Below, one piece after another: positions 46,532-56,827 of a DNA stretch of 64,000 bases. The notes below the pieces were generated by a model, which saw only the letters and a program-made list of their open reading frames with translations, was not told the origin of the DNA and searched no databases. Source of the stretch: Savitreella phatthalungensis (taxonomy: Eukaryota); the NCBI GenBank assembly GCA_051599415.1, contig AP039694.1, positions 558,001-622,000 on the forward strand. Reading direction: 5' to 3'. How positions within the stretch are numbered: the first letter of the stretch is position 1; every line of letters begins with the position of its first letter. Both the position numbers and the translations under genes were made by a program.

Positions 46532-47849
46532 ATGGTGAAGGAAACGGAGTACTATGATCTCCTTGGTGTGACGACTGCAGCTAGCGATCTTGAGATCAAG
46601 AAGGCCTATCGTCGAGCTGCGATACTCAACCACCCGGACAAGAATCCAGACGATCAGGATGGCGCTGCACGACGCTTTCAAAGGATTGGCGAAGCTTACC
46701 AGGTTTTGAGCGATGCTCAGTTGCGCGCAGCATATGACAAGTACGGCAAGGAGAAAGCCAAGCCTGATCAAGGCTTCGAGGATCCAACAGTGTTTTTCAG
46801 CCAGCTTTTCGGCGGCGAGGCGTTTGAGGATTTCGTTGGGGAATTGTCGCTGCTGAAGGACATGGCTAGAGCGATGGAAATACAGGAAAAGACTGAACGA
46901 GAGGAAGCCGAGGACGCCGCGTCGGCAAGGAACAAGACAATGGATTCCGCAACCGCAGGCCAAGGCCAACCGACCTTCGCACGCTTGCGCTTGACGGAGG
47001 GCGAGGCCATGAGTGCTGACGGATTCACTACTCCCACTGCGCAAGACGTCGACAAGAAGGAACGTAAGCGGGCGATGAGCAAGGAACAACGGGAGGAATT
47101 GCAAAGTAAGTGCCCCATCCATATTGCGAGCGGGAAATTGCTGACCAAGCACAGGATATGAGGCGGAAAAACTACAGAAGCAACAAGAGCGCATCGCAAA
47201 ATTGACCAAGAAGTTGGAGGAGCGTTTGTCTGTCTGGGCCGAGTCCGAGAAGTCGCCAGAGACGACAGCGGCCTTTCGGCAGAAGTGCATCTTTGAGCGC
47301 GAGAACTTAAAGCTCGAGTCTTTTGGTGTAGAGATGCTGCACGTCATAGGACAAACATATATCACAAAGGCGACAATCTGTCTCAAGAGCACGAAGTTCA
47401 TGGGCGGTTTTCTGGGCAAGTTGAAGGAGAAGGGGGGAATAATCCGCGATACGTTTGACACAATATCTGTTGCTGTCGACGCATCAATGATGGCGCAAAA
47501 GATGCAAAAAATGGAGGAGAAAGGAGAAGAGCTGACGGAAGAGGACAGAGCATTGTTTGAACAGGAGATGACAGGTAAGGTCTTAGCAGCCACCTGGGGC
47601 GGTACGCGTTTTGAAATTGGCGGCGTTTTACGCGAGGTCTGCGATAATGTTCTGAACTCGAAAGCAGTATCGAAAGACCGCCGCCTTGCTCGAGCACAGG
47701 CCATGTTGATGATGGGTGAAGTGTTCATCCTCGCCAAGCCCGACTCAGAAGACGAGGGGCGTATCTTTGAAACTCTTGTTGCAAACGCGCAGAAAAAGAA
47801 GCACCACAACAAGAAAGAGAAGCAGAAGCCCAAGACTGCGGCGGACTGA
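46532..47849 (+). CDS. DnaJ-X domain protein (Caj1/Djp1-like); intron 47106-47154
   Basis: [32 protein letters not shown]. The intron GTAAGT..GCTGAC..CAG joins in frame to [15 protein letters not shown]. Confidence 0.92.
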
Positions 47850-48670
47850 GGCTCAGGAGTCAAGGAGCGAAGCTGCGGCGATGATTGCGCACTTCGGAAA
47901 ATTCAAAGCACAATCTTGCCTCTGCAAAAGCGTTCTGCAGCAATTCACATTGACTCACACTTCGACGCACAGAGAGTCATCAGGCTGGAGATCGGGTAGA
48001 ACGATTTGGCATTCGACAGGATCAGTTCCTGCAGTTTGAGCTAAAGGTTTCGCTCCTCCAAATAGTGCTTGACTGGACGGCATAATGCAAAAAAGACAAA
48101 TCGATGACCCCATCATCTGCTTTTGCATAAAGGGTTCACCTTGCGCTGTGAACACGCTATAGTTCCCCGAGCCCAATATGCGGCATCTACTGAGTTCGAT
48201 GCTCAATGGCGAGCGCTCAAGGATGACATATCGCGCAATGTTGTGTCTCTCGTGAGATAAAGCAGATTAGTGTAGGATCAAGAAACGATGACAGTTCAAT
48301 CTTCACAAGATTACGTGCACTAAATCATCATGAGTCGGAGCAGCCGAAACCCGGACGGACGATTGCCCAAACATACGTACGTACGTGCAATGCATACGTG
48401 CATAGTACGCACTCATCTGAGATTTTGCTGGTACTTGGCTACACAAGCAATTCACTGATTGATCTCCAGACTTTTCGCACACATCCTATGCATACGTATT
48501 CTACGTATGGGACGTGCTACCGAAAGAATTCAAATATACACACATTACTCGACGACGATTACGCGGCTCTAGCTAACTCACAAAAAGCACGATCACGCGT
48601 AGAGGCGTCTCTCCATCCGTCGTACATCGGAGGATCGGATTACAATAAGGACGTTGAATCAATTCCCCAT

Positions 48671-51448
48671 ATGGTGGCTGTGAGCCCGGCGCCTGGCTTA
48701 GTCGCCTTGCTCGACAACGATGACACAACGCTGCAAGTCTTCGCTTTGACGAAGCTAAACGCAGTCGTCGACCAGGTATGGCCAGATGTTTCGGACGAAG
48801 TCACCGCAATTGAGGTGCTATACGAAGATGAGAGCTTCCCTCAACGGGAGCTCGCCGCTCTAGTAGCCTCGAAAGTGTACTATCATTTGGGTGACTATAT
48901 ACAATCGACGTCATATGCTTTAGGAGCTGGCAAACTCTTCAATATCGACACAAAAGACGAGTATGTTGAGACCATCATCTCACAGTGCATCGATTCCTGG
49001 GTCAGCCAGACTCGATCCATCGGGAATACGAAAGTCGACCCTCGCCTTGTTGACGTCGTAGATCGCATGCTCCAGCGCTGTTTTGATGACCACGAATACA
49101 AGCAGGCTATTGGAATCGCTTTGGAAGCCCGTCAGCGCAGTCTTCTGATCCGTATATTTGAGGAGGCAAAGGACGACACATTGCTGCAGCATGTTCTTGA
49201 TGTCACAATCGAAACTGTTCACGACCTTGAGTTCCGGCGGCAGGTTTTGACCACCCTGTTGGATGCATTTAAGCAGCAAGTTGCGCCGGATTACCTCGCT
49301 ATAGTACGATGCATCATTGTGCTGGATGATGCGAACACCGCGGCGGGCATCTTGTCAAATCTGCTGTCACAGAACGATGATGTCAGTCTTCTTACAGCCT
49401 ATCAGATGGCGTTCGATCTGGAGAGCTCAGCTACGCAGCAATTCCTTCAACGAGTTGCAGGGGCACTGAAAGCGATTAGATCTTCAACGTCGAGTGAGAA
49501 GCAGCTCACAAAAATACTCTCAGGAGAAGTGACAATACGTCTGTATCTTTCATTCCTACAACGCAATGATCGTTCCGATGTCGCAATACTCGACAAGATC
49601 AAGGACTCGCTCGAAGCACGCAATTCGATCTTTCACTCCGGCGTTACATTCTGCAATGCATTCATGCATGCAGGCACAACTTCAGACGGCTTCTTCCGGA
49701 ATAATCTCGACTGGCTGTCGAAGGCGTCAAATTGGTCCAAGTTCAGTGCCACGGCGGCGCTTGGAGTCATTCATAAGGGTAATTTGCGGCATGCGGCCAC
49801 ATTGCTCGGTCCGTATCTGCCGAAGGAGTCTGGGCGCGGTTCTGCCTACTCTGAGGGAGGTTCTCTCTATGCTCTTGGGTTGATCCATGCAAATCACGGT
49901 GCACCTGTCCTTCAACAACTTCTTCGCGAATTCGGTCGCACAACAGACGAGGTCATTCAGCATGGCGCCGCCTTAGGACTAGGCGTTGCTGGGATGGCAA
50001 CCGCCGACGACAACATCTACGAATCGCTCAAGAACGTGCTCTTCGGGGACAGTGCTGTTGCGGGCGAAGCGACTGGTCTCGCTATGGGACTAGTCATGCT
50101 AGGCACAAATTCGCAACAAGCAATCGAGGAGATGTTACAATATGCTCATGAGACTCAGCACGAGAAGATCGTCCGCGGCCTCGCCATGGGGCTTGCACTG
50201 CTGGTGTATGGTCGTGAGCGCGAAGCTGACACTCTCATCGAGCAGCTTTGCAAAGATGACGATCCGCAGCTTAGATATGGTGGTATGTATGCCATCGCGC
50301 TGGCGTATTCCGGCACCGGGCATACACAGGCTTTCGAACGTCTGTTACACTTCGCCGTAGCAGATGTACACGACGACGTCCGGCGTGCTGCTGTTACCGC
50401 GCTCGGGTTCGTTATGTACCGAAATCAGCAGACCCTTTGTCGCACGATCGGATTGCTCCACGAGTCATACAATCCGCATGTCCGTTACGGAGCTGCAATG
50501 GCCTTAGGCATAGCGTGCGCAGGCACCGCATCGCCTGATGCTCTTGAACTGATTGAGCCGATGACCAAAGATGCAACTGAATTTGTTCGCCAAGGTGCTT
50601 TCATTGCTCTCGCTATGATTCTGGTGCAGCACAACGACCAGACCAACCCAAAGGTAGTTGAGGCTCGTAAGCTGTTCCGGGATACCATCAGTAACAAGCA
50701 TCAGGATGCCGTATCTAAATTTGGGGCCTCGCTGGCCTCTGGAATTCTTGACGCGGGAGGACGCAACGTCACTATGCGTCTCTCGTCTGCCACGGGCAGC
50801 AACAACCGTCAGGCCATTGTCGGTATGGCTGTCTTCACATCTTTCTGGTACTGGTTTCCACTTGCCCATTTTCTGTCGCTCGCATTTACACCGACAGCTA
50901 TCGTCGCGCTTGATACGGACCTTCGAGCTCCGAAGCTGCAGTTTGTCTCCAACTCGAAGCCGTCTGCATTTGCTTATCCGCCCGTTACTACCAAGGAGGA
51001 AAATAAGGCGGCAGAAAAGGTGGCGACAGCCGTGCTTTCCACGACTGCAAGAGCAAAAGCACGAGCTAAGAAAGCCGAGAAGGAAAAGACAGAGACAGAA
51101 GATATTATGGACTTGGACGACAAGCCCGCTGCAGATGAGGCCTCCCTGGCTCACAACCACGATCGTGCAAAGCCTGCGAAATCTAGTCTCGAACCAGGCT
51201 TTGAACATCTCGACAATCTTTCGCGTGTTGTTCCTTGGCAGTTGAAGCATATCGCTTTCAAGCCTGATGCACGCTATTTACCAGTCCGCCGTCCTACTGG
51301 TGGCGTCTTACTGATGCGTGATACGCAACCTGACGCACCAAGAGAGTTCGTGGAGCTTCTTCCAGAGCCGCCTGAAATCATTGAAGCCCTGGATGAGCAA
51401 GAGGCCGCGGTGCCGAGCGAGTTCGAGTATCCTTTCGACAACGAGTGA
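48671..51448 (+). CDS. RPN2: 26S proteasome regulatory subunit Rpn2
   Basis: AALVASKVYYHLG, NWSKFSATAALGVIHKG, PC repeats, ILDAGGRNVT, NLSRVVP; first ATG matching homologue start is 48671. Confidence 0.97.
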   Translation: MVAVSPAPGLVALLDNDDTTLQVFALTKLNAVVDQVWPDVSDEVTAIEVLYEDESFPQRELAALVASKVYYHLGDYIQSTSYALGAGKLFNIDTKDEYVETIISQCIDSWVSQTRSIGNTKVDPRLVDVVDRMLQRCFDDHEYKQAIGIALEARQRSLLIRIFEEAKDDTLLQHVLDVTIETVHDLEFRRQVLTTLLDAFKQQVAPDYLAIVRCIIVLDDANTAAGILSNLLSQNDDVSLLTAYQMAFDLESSATQQFLQRVAGALKAIRSSTSSEKQLTKILSGEVTIRLYLSFLQRNDRSDVAILDKIKDSLEARNSIFHSGVTFCNAFMHAGTTSDGFFRNNLDWLSKASNWSKFSATAALGVIHKGNLRHAATLLGPYLPKESGRGSAYSEGGSLYALGLIHANHGAPVLQQLLREFGRTTDEVIQHGAALGLGVAGMATADDNIYESLKNVLFGDSAVAGEATGLAMGLVMLGTNSQQAIEEMLQYAHETQHEKIVRGLAMGLALLVYGREREADTLIEQLCKDDDPQLRYGGMYAIALAYSGTGHTQAFERLLHFAVADVHDDVRRAAVTALGFVMYRNQQTLCRTIGLLHESYNPHVRYGAAMALGIACAGTASPDALELIEPMTKDATEFVRQGAFIALAMILVQHNDQTNPKVVEARKLFRDTISNKHQDAVSKFGASLASGILDAGGRNVTMRLSSATGSNNRQAIVGMAVFTSFWYWFPLAHFLSLAFTPTAIVALDTDLRAPKLQFVSNSKPSAFAYPPVTTKEENKAAEKVATAVLSTTARAKARAKKAEKEKTETEDIMDLDDKPAADEASLAHNHDRAKPAKSSLEPGFEHLDNLSRVVPWQLKHIAFKPDARYLPVRRPTGGVLLMRDTQPDAPREFVELLPEPPEIIEALDEQEAAVPSEFEYPFDNE

Positions 51449-51652
51449 TCACAGCGAATATATCGTACAAATCCCGTTGCGTGCGCTTGTAGCTAGCTCT
51501 TTATTCATCATGAAGTGCAAAACGAAAGTCTTTGCCCGCTGTGCATCGGCCCTGGTGGAAACGCGCTTCGCCTATATTTTAGCATCTACAGTGTGATCTA
51601 AATTTATAGCGATCAAAGCGAAAGACAGACGGAATGGATCGCTGCTCAGACA

Positions 51653-52801
51653 ATGGACTTGAAGACCATGCTCAATGCTGCCCCGACGGGTCTTGATACT
51701 AGGCAGGAAAGGGTCGAAGAGATACAGGGATCTTCTGAGACTATCGCGCTGCCGAAAGCAGCTGTCAATCCGGCAAAGGCAAACGAGCACGACGACTCGG
51801 AGAGCACTCATCGTCGGCCGCCCCAAAATGAGGCTGCGCGGGAAAGCAAGCGTGCCGGCACTTCTCTGGAATCTACAAGTAAGCGTCATGCGATCGAGCC
51901 GGCTCGGAAGTCAGACGTGGAAAAGCAGCTGCCTGGGACTCAGGCAGTATATCGCCCGGTATTGGAGCCCTCTTACACCTCCAGGCTCGTGCTGGATGAC
52001 CTGACACGCAACATTGCCAACTTTCTCAAGTTCTACCTGGCAATCGATCCAAATTGGTCCGGTAAGTCTGGCATAGAGATTGAGGCCAAATTTGGCACGT
52101 TGATGTTGAAGGATAGTGGGGTGCAGGAGCGATTCGAAATACCGCACATTATTTCGGCTGCTATACTCGAACAAGCAGAGGCACGAGACGTGCCGTTCAT
52201 GTTTCGATCCGAGCTGAGTCCTCAGCAATACGCATTCTTCAATGAGCACTTGAACAGGGAAGTGGAGCGGTCCAACGCAAAGCCTCGGGCTCGCCACGGC
52301 ATCGCATACGTACACACTCGCGAAACGGACACAGTGTATGAGAAGGGCGGTGCGAGGACACAGGGATCCCGGGGACTTCGTATCACGCGAAATGATAAGA
52401 CAGGGCAAGTCTCGGCATGTATCATCAAGCATCAGGTTGCACAATTGAACATTACCTGCCCGAACTCTGCCTTTGATCTACGGATTTCTATCAATCACGA
52501 AGAAGCGAAGGATGTTCCGGAGGCGATCGAGTCATCATCGTCAGGTTACACGGCCAGCAGCATACGTCAGAAGGATCGTCTTTCATATACTCATCAGCAT
52601 ATTCGCATGGACTTGACTATGATCACGAGTCCACAGCGAGGCAAAATTCACGAGCTTGAGGTTGAGTGCCACAACATGCCGGATTGGTCTCGCCAGGCTC
52701 TGCGCGCAGAAGCGGGAGAGCCGAGTCGCTTCGATGATATGGTCAACCAGTTTGTATCCACTATCGTTGGCTTGAGTCAAGCATATAACGACCATAGTTA
52801 G
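51653..52801 (+). CDS. CET1: mRNA 5'-triphosphatase (capping enzyme beta subunit)
   Basis: Triphosphate-tunnel motifs IEIEAKFG, RITR, FDLRISINHE, RQKDRLSY, MDLT, ELEVE. Confidence 0.92.
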   Translation: MDLKTMLNAAPTGLDTRQERVEEIQGSSETIALPKAAVNPAKANEHDDSESTHRRPPQNEAARESKRAGTSLESTSKRHAIEPARKSDVEKQLPGTQAVYRPVLEPSYTSRLVLDDLTRNIANFLKFYLAIDPNWSGKSGIEIEAKFGTLMLKDSGVQERFEIPHIISAAILEQAEARDVPFMFRSELSPQQYAFFNEHLNREVERSNAKPRARHGIAYVHTRETDTVYEKGGARTQGSRGLRITRNDKTGQVSACIIKHQVAQLNITCPNSAFDLRISINHEEAKDVPEAIESSSSGYTASSIRQKDRLSYTHQHIRMDLTMITSPQRGKIHELEVECHNMPDWSRQALRAEAGEPSRFDDMVNQFVSTIVGLSQAYNDHS

Positions 52802-52934
52802 CACAGAAAGCGCAAAGTGTAACTGCGCCGTGAGGCTAAGGCGGATCATGGACACCGTAGTCAGTCTCCACACTTGGGAGTCGAAAATCTTTGTCTCTAG
52901 ATGATATATCGTCAATTCTCGAATTTGAAATACC

Positions 52935-53006
52935 TCCTATGTCGTCTAGTGGTTAAGATATATGTCTCTCACACATATGACCGGGGTTCGATTCCCCGCG
53001 TAGGAA
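52935..53006 (+). tRNA. tRNA-Glu (anticodon CTC)
   Basis: Acceptor TCCTATG/CGTAGGA, D loop TAGTGGTTAA, anticodon arm TATGT-CT-CTC-AC-ACATA, T arm CGGGG-TTCGATT-CCCCG; 72 nt, no intron. Confidence 0.95.
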
Positions 53007-53007
53007 C

Positions 53008-53030
53008 TTTTTTGCCCCCGCCCACTTTTT
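53008..53030 (+). terminator. Pol III terminator T-tracts
   Basis: T6 at 53008-53013 and T5 at 53026-53030, directly 3' of the tRNA. Confidence 0.8.
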
Positions 53031-53161
53031 GCCTCCCGCCCACTCGTCCATAATGTATTCGCTGCTCGGTGTTTGGAGAAAGATATCACTTCTCCGACTT
53101 TCATGTCAGGCCGGTGAATTTGACTGAATCAGTGGATCGACGAGCGTTGCGTGAGAGCACG

Positions 53162-54145
53162 TCAGATAGTGCGGAGCTCTGGCACTATATTCTGCGGCCT
53201 GCCTTCGAATAATGCACGTATGTTGTCTAGACTGAGAATCTCCATTTCTGCCATTGCATCGCTCGTCCAAGTGCCTTGATGTGGGAGAAGAACGCAGGAC
53301 GGTCTATTGATCAGGCCTGGGTGGATCCTCGGTTCGTCTTCGTAGACGTCGAGTCCAACACCCCTCAATGTTCCGTTATCGAGTGCAGCCACCATCGACG
53401 CCTCGTCGATGATTGGCCCGCGAGCTGTGTTGATCAAGTAGCTACCTTTCTTCATCTGCGCAAACTCAGCCTCTCCCAAAAGGTGTCGGGTGGCTCCGTT
53501 CAGTGGCACTGACACGAAGACGATGTCACTGGTGGAAAGCAACTCGCTCATGGACACATACTCCACCCTGTCAGGAGCATCTTTGCTTGGTGATCGATTG
53601 TGATATTGCAGCGTACTGCCGAGCGCCTGACAGCGAAGTGCAAAAGCGCGGCCGATGGAGCCCATGCCCAGAATTCCAATGGTGAGAGCAGAGGGAGACC
53701 TGCCGACCGGCACAACATCAAGCCACTGCCCACTGCGGGTAGCTGTCATTCCATGATCAAAATTGCGGAGCACTGCCAAGAGCAGAAACAAAGCAGTATC
53801 CGCGGTCGGCTCGCGGACAGCACCCGGCGTATTGCTAACGAGTATGCCTCTGCGCTTGCACGCTTCCACATCGATTTGGTCGTAGCCAGCACCGATGTTC
53901 CCTATGATCTTCACGGAGTGCGGAAGTCTTTCAATTACATCGCAGTCAAAAGGGCCAACTCGCTGATCGTGCAGATGTCGATTGATGGCATCAATGCCAT
54001 CATATTTACCTTGAGTCAAGTTGGCAAAGAATGCCTCGCGCGAAGCTTCATCCAATGTCAAGAACTCGATGCCAGTACGCGCGTAATAATCGTTCGCATA
54101 CTGAACCGTGCCGATGTTGAGAACGCGCATGTCGTCAGAATTCAT
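53162..54145 (-). CDS. D-isomer 2-hydroxyacid dehydrogenase (glyoxylate reductase-like)
   Basis: GAGYDQID, SNTPG, GILGMGSIG, INTARG, GLDVYEDEP, LPHQG. Confidence 0.92.
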   Translation of the reverse strand: MNSDDMRVLNIGTVQYANDYYARTGIEFLTLDEASREAFFANLTQGKYDGIDAINRHLHDQRVGPFDCDVIERLPHSVKIIGNIGAGYDQIDVEACKRRGILVSNTPGAVREPTADTALFLLLAVLRNFDHGMTATRSGQWLDVVPVGRSPSALTIGILGMGSIGRAFALRCQALGSTLQYHNRSPSKDAPDRVEYVSMSELLSTSDIVFVSVPLNGATRHLLGEAEFAQMKKGSYLINTARGPIIDEASMVAALDNGTLRGVGLDVYEDEPRIHPGLINRPSCVLLPHQGTWTSDAMAEMEILSLDNIRALFEGRPQNIVPELRTI

Positions 54146-54210
54146 TTGCCGCGATTTGCATTGCAATGCTCAAAAACAGGTGGATGAAAGGCAGGCGCTA
54201 GGAATTCACA

Positions 54211-54228
54211 CTTTCGAGACGCGACGCG
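54211..54228. promoter_or_regulatory. Tandem MCB-like elements upstream of DNA ligase I
   Basis: CTTTCGAGACGCGACGCG. Confidence 0.6.
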
Positions 54229-54352
54229 CCTCAATCATCAGAATTGATACAGCGCTGGTCGAGCCCCTGGCACGCTGGCTACGAGGGTGTCCCTTGCTCC
54301 AATTCTCGCTTGTGCTCGAGCTTGCAGGCAAGTGCTGTCTCCGCTAGCCAGC

Positions 54353-56503
54353 ATGGCGGGCAGACAGGGCACATTAAACAGGTTTTTTAACAAGAGGCAA
54401 GGACAGACCGCGTCCGTCCCTTCAACCGCCTTAACAGGTGAGGACCCACAGCATCGAGGTTCTGAATCACGCAAACCAGGGCAAAGCGTAGATCACAAGG
54501 GTCCGGCTGTCAAGAGGATCAAATTGATTCCGGATGATGCGGATGCTGAGAGTTCGCAAGAAAAGACGGCTGAGGACGTGCCGGCGTTGCGCGGCTCAGG
54601 AACTGGAACTGAACCGACTCCTTATCGCGAGCTTGCCTCTGTCTTCGCAAAGATCGAGGCAACGACTAAGAGACTCGAGATAACTGCGCTATTGCAACGG
54701 CACTTGACGCAGCTAATCGTCCACAGTCCATCAGATCTATTGAGGACAATCTACCTGTCCATCACGAGAATTGCGCCTGACTATGAGGGTATAGAGCTTG
54801 GCATAGGCGAGGGACTGCTATTGAAGGCCATCGCGGAGAGCACTGGCCGGTCTTTACAGCAGATAAAGGCCGATTTTCAAAGGATTGGCGATCTGGGCGA
54901 TGTGGCAGCCGCTTCTCGTGGCACACAGCCTACAATGTTCAAACCCAGGCCACTGACCGTACAGTCCGTGTACAAGGATCTCCGGGACATTGCCATGATG
55001 AGTGGACATTCATCTCAAGCGAAGAAGATCTCAGTCATCAAGCGTCTCCTGGCGAGCGCTCAAGGTGACGAAGCGAAGTACATCATCCGCTCACTTGAGG
55101 GCAAGCTGCGCATCGGCTTGGCCGAAAAGACCGTTCACACGGCGCTGGCTGGCGCAGTGATGTCCGCACAGGGTAATCATACTGTGGAGCAAGTAGCTGA
55201 AGCCGACAGAATCCTGAAAGGTGTCTTTTCCGAGATTCCGAATTACGATCTCGTGATACCCGCGTTACTCGAATTGAAGGATGGACTCGAAGGTCTCCGA
55301 GAGCGATGCAAGCTCACGCCTGGGGTGCCCTTGAAACCCATGCTGGCGAAACCAACAAAGTCTATTGGCGAGGTTTTGGATCGTTTCGAAGGAGAAAAGT
55401 TCACATGTGAGTACAAGTATGATGGCGAGCGTGGACAGATCCATCTTCTGCCAGTCACTGAAGCTGCCACAGGGCTAGAGAAGGTCGGCCGAACTCGCAT
55501 ATATTCCCGCAATTCGGAAAACATGTCTGACAAATACCCTGACATCGTTACGACTATACCTCATTTTGTTCAGGACTCGACCAAGTCGTTCGTCCTTGAC
55601 GGTGAGGTCGTGGCCTGGGACGTCGAGAAAAAGCGTATGCAGCCATTCCAGATTTTAGCCACTCGCAAGCGCAAAGATGTCAAAGAAGAAGATGTCAAGG
55701 TCAGAATTTGCTATTTTGCCTTCGATCTGCTCTATCTCAATGGTGAATCTTTAATCCATCAGTCTCTGCGTGACAGGCGTCAGCTTCTCAGGTCGGCATT
55801 CCGGGAAGTCGAAGGAGAATTCGCCTTCTCCCGCAGCATCGATGGCGAAACGTCTGAGGAGATTCAACAATTCCTCGAGCAGTCCATACAGGATTCCTGT
55901 GAAGGTCTCATGGTCAAATTGTTGGACGGGCAGGATTCTCACTATGAGCCTTCGCGAAGATCACAGAACTGGCTTAAGGTGAAGAAAGATTATTTGTCAG
56001 GCATTGGTGACTCGCTCGATCTGGTCGTCATCGGCGCTTACATCGGCAAAGGCAAGCGTCTCGGCAGCTATGGTGCATACTTGCTTGGATGCCTTGCACA
56101 CGAGGGCGAGGAGGAGATCCAGAGCATTTGCAAAATCGGTACGGGATTTTCCGACGAAGACTTGGCCACCCTGCACGAGAAGCTCAAATCTACTGTCATA
56201 TCAGGTCCGAAGTCCTACTACACGCATCCTGTAACAGGGCCTCAACCTGATGTCTGGTTCGAGCCGACGTCTTTATTCGAAGTCTTAACGGCTGATCTGA
56301 CCTTATCGCCTTTGTATCGCGCGGGGATCGGCGAGATCGATCCGAAGAAGGGCATATCTCTCAGATTTCCTCGATATCTCCGCATGCGCAACGACAAAAG
56401 TGTTGAACAAGCAACCACGAGCGAACAGGTGGCAGAAATGTATAGAAGTCAGGCCTCTGCTCAGAAAGACGACAAGAAAACTGTTGACGACGACTTTTGG
56501 TAG
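54353..56503 (+). CDS. CDC9: DNA ligase I
   Basis: PIP box QGTLNRFF, active site EYKYDGER, EGLMVK, WLKVKKDYL, SLRFPR. Confidence 0.97.
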   Translation: MAGRQGTLNRFFNKRQGQTASVPSTALTGEDPQHRGSESRKPGQSVDHKGPAVKRIKLIPDDADAESSQEKTAEDVPALRGSGTGTEPTPYRELASVFAKIEATTKRLEITALLQRHLTQLIVHSPSDLLRTIYLSITRIAPDYEGIELGIGEGLLLKAIAESTGRSLQQIKADFQRIGDLGDVAAASRGTQPTMFKPRPLTVQSVYKDLRDIAMMSGHSSQAKKISVIKRLLASAQGDEAKYIIRSLEGKLRIGLAEKTVHTALAGAVMSAQGNHTVEQVAEADRILKGVFSEIPNYDLVIPALLELKDGLEGLRERCKLTPGVPLKPMLAKPTKSIGEVLDRFEGEKFTCEYKYDGERGQIHLLPVTEAATGLEKVGRTRIYSRNSENMSDKYPDIVTTIPHFVQDSTKSFVLDGEVVAWDVEKKRMQPFQILATRKRKDVKEEDVKVRICYFAFDLLYLNGESLIHQSLRDRRQLLRSAFREVEGEFAFSRSIDGETSEEIQQFLEQSIQDSCEGLMVKLLDGQDSHYEPSRRSQNWLKVKKDYLSGIGDSLDLVVIGAYIGKGKRLGSYGAYLLGCLAHEGEEEIQSICKIGTGFSDEDLATLHEKLKSTVISGPKSYYTHPVTGPQPDVWFEPTSLFEVLTADLTLSPLYRAGIGEIDPKKGISLRFPRYLRMRNDKSVEQATTSEQVAEMYRSQASAQKDDKKTVDDDFW

Positions 56504-56827
56504 ATTGAAATGACGAATCGATCCCATCTGTCGAAGATCTTGTTTGGAGCTTCGATCGATCAGGTATACGACATGCTAGTCTGCAAATTATGGTTGCAAA
56601 TGATCCCTTGAAAGAGACGCGACACGATGAAAGCACCTTTGAAGGCGAAGAACGCAACGGCAAATTCCGACTGCACACACATGGCCTTGGATCCGAGTTT
56701 ATGACATGCGCAAATTGGTATATGCGCTCGCTACATATTGTATCTTCAAATTTTGTTGTGACAACCAACAACATGCACCTTGACTATATCAAAACAGTAT
56801 ACCGGCTGTCTTGACCGTCTCAGGGTT

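Noticed and set aside
46418..47863. 481-codon antisense ORF opposite the Caj1-like gene
   Set aside because: It mirrors a conserved sense gene, is Phe/Ser/Leu-rich as expected for the complement of Lys/Glu codons, and has no recognisable domain
48398..48670. 91-aa N-terminal extension of RPN2 in the ORF track
   Set aside because: GTG start in AT-rich promoter-like sequence; similarity to Rpn2 begins at ATG 48671
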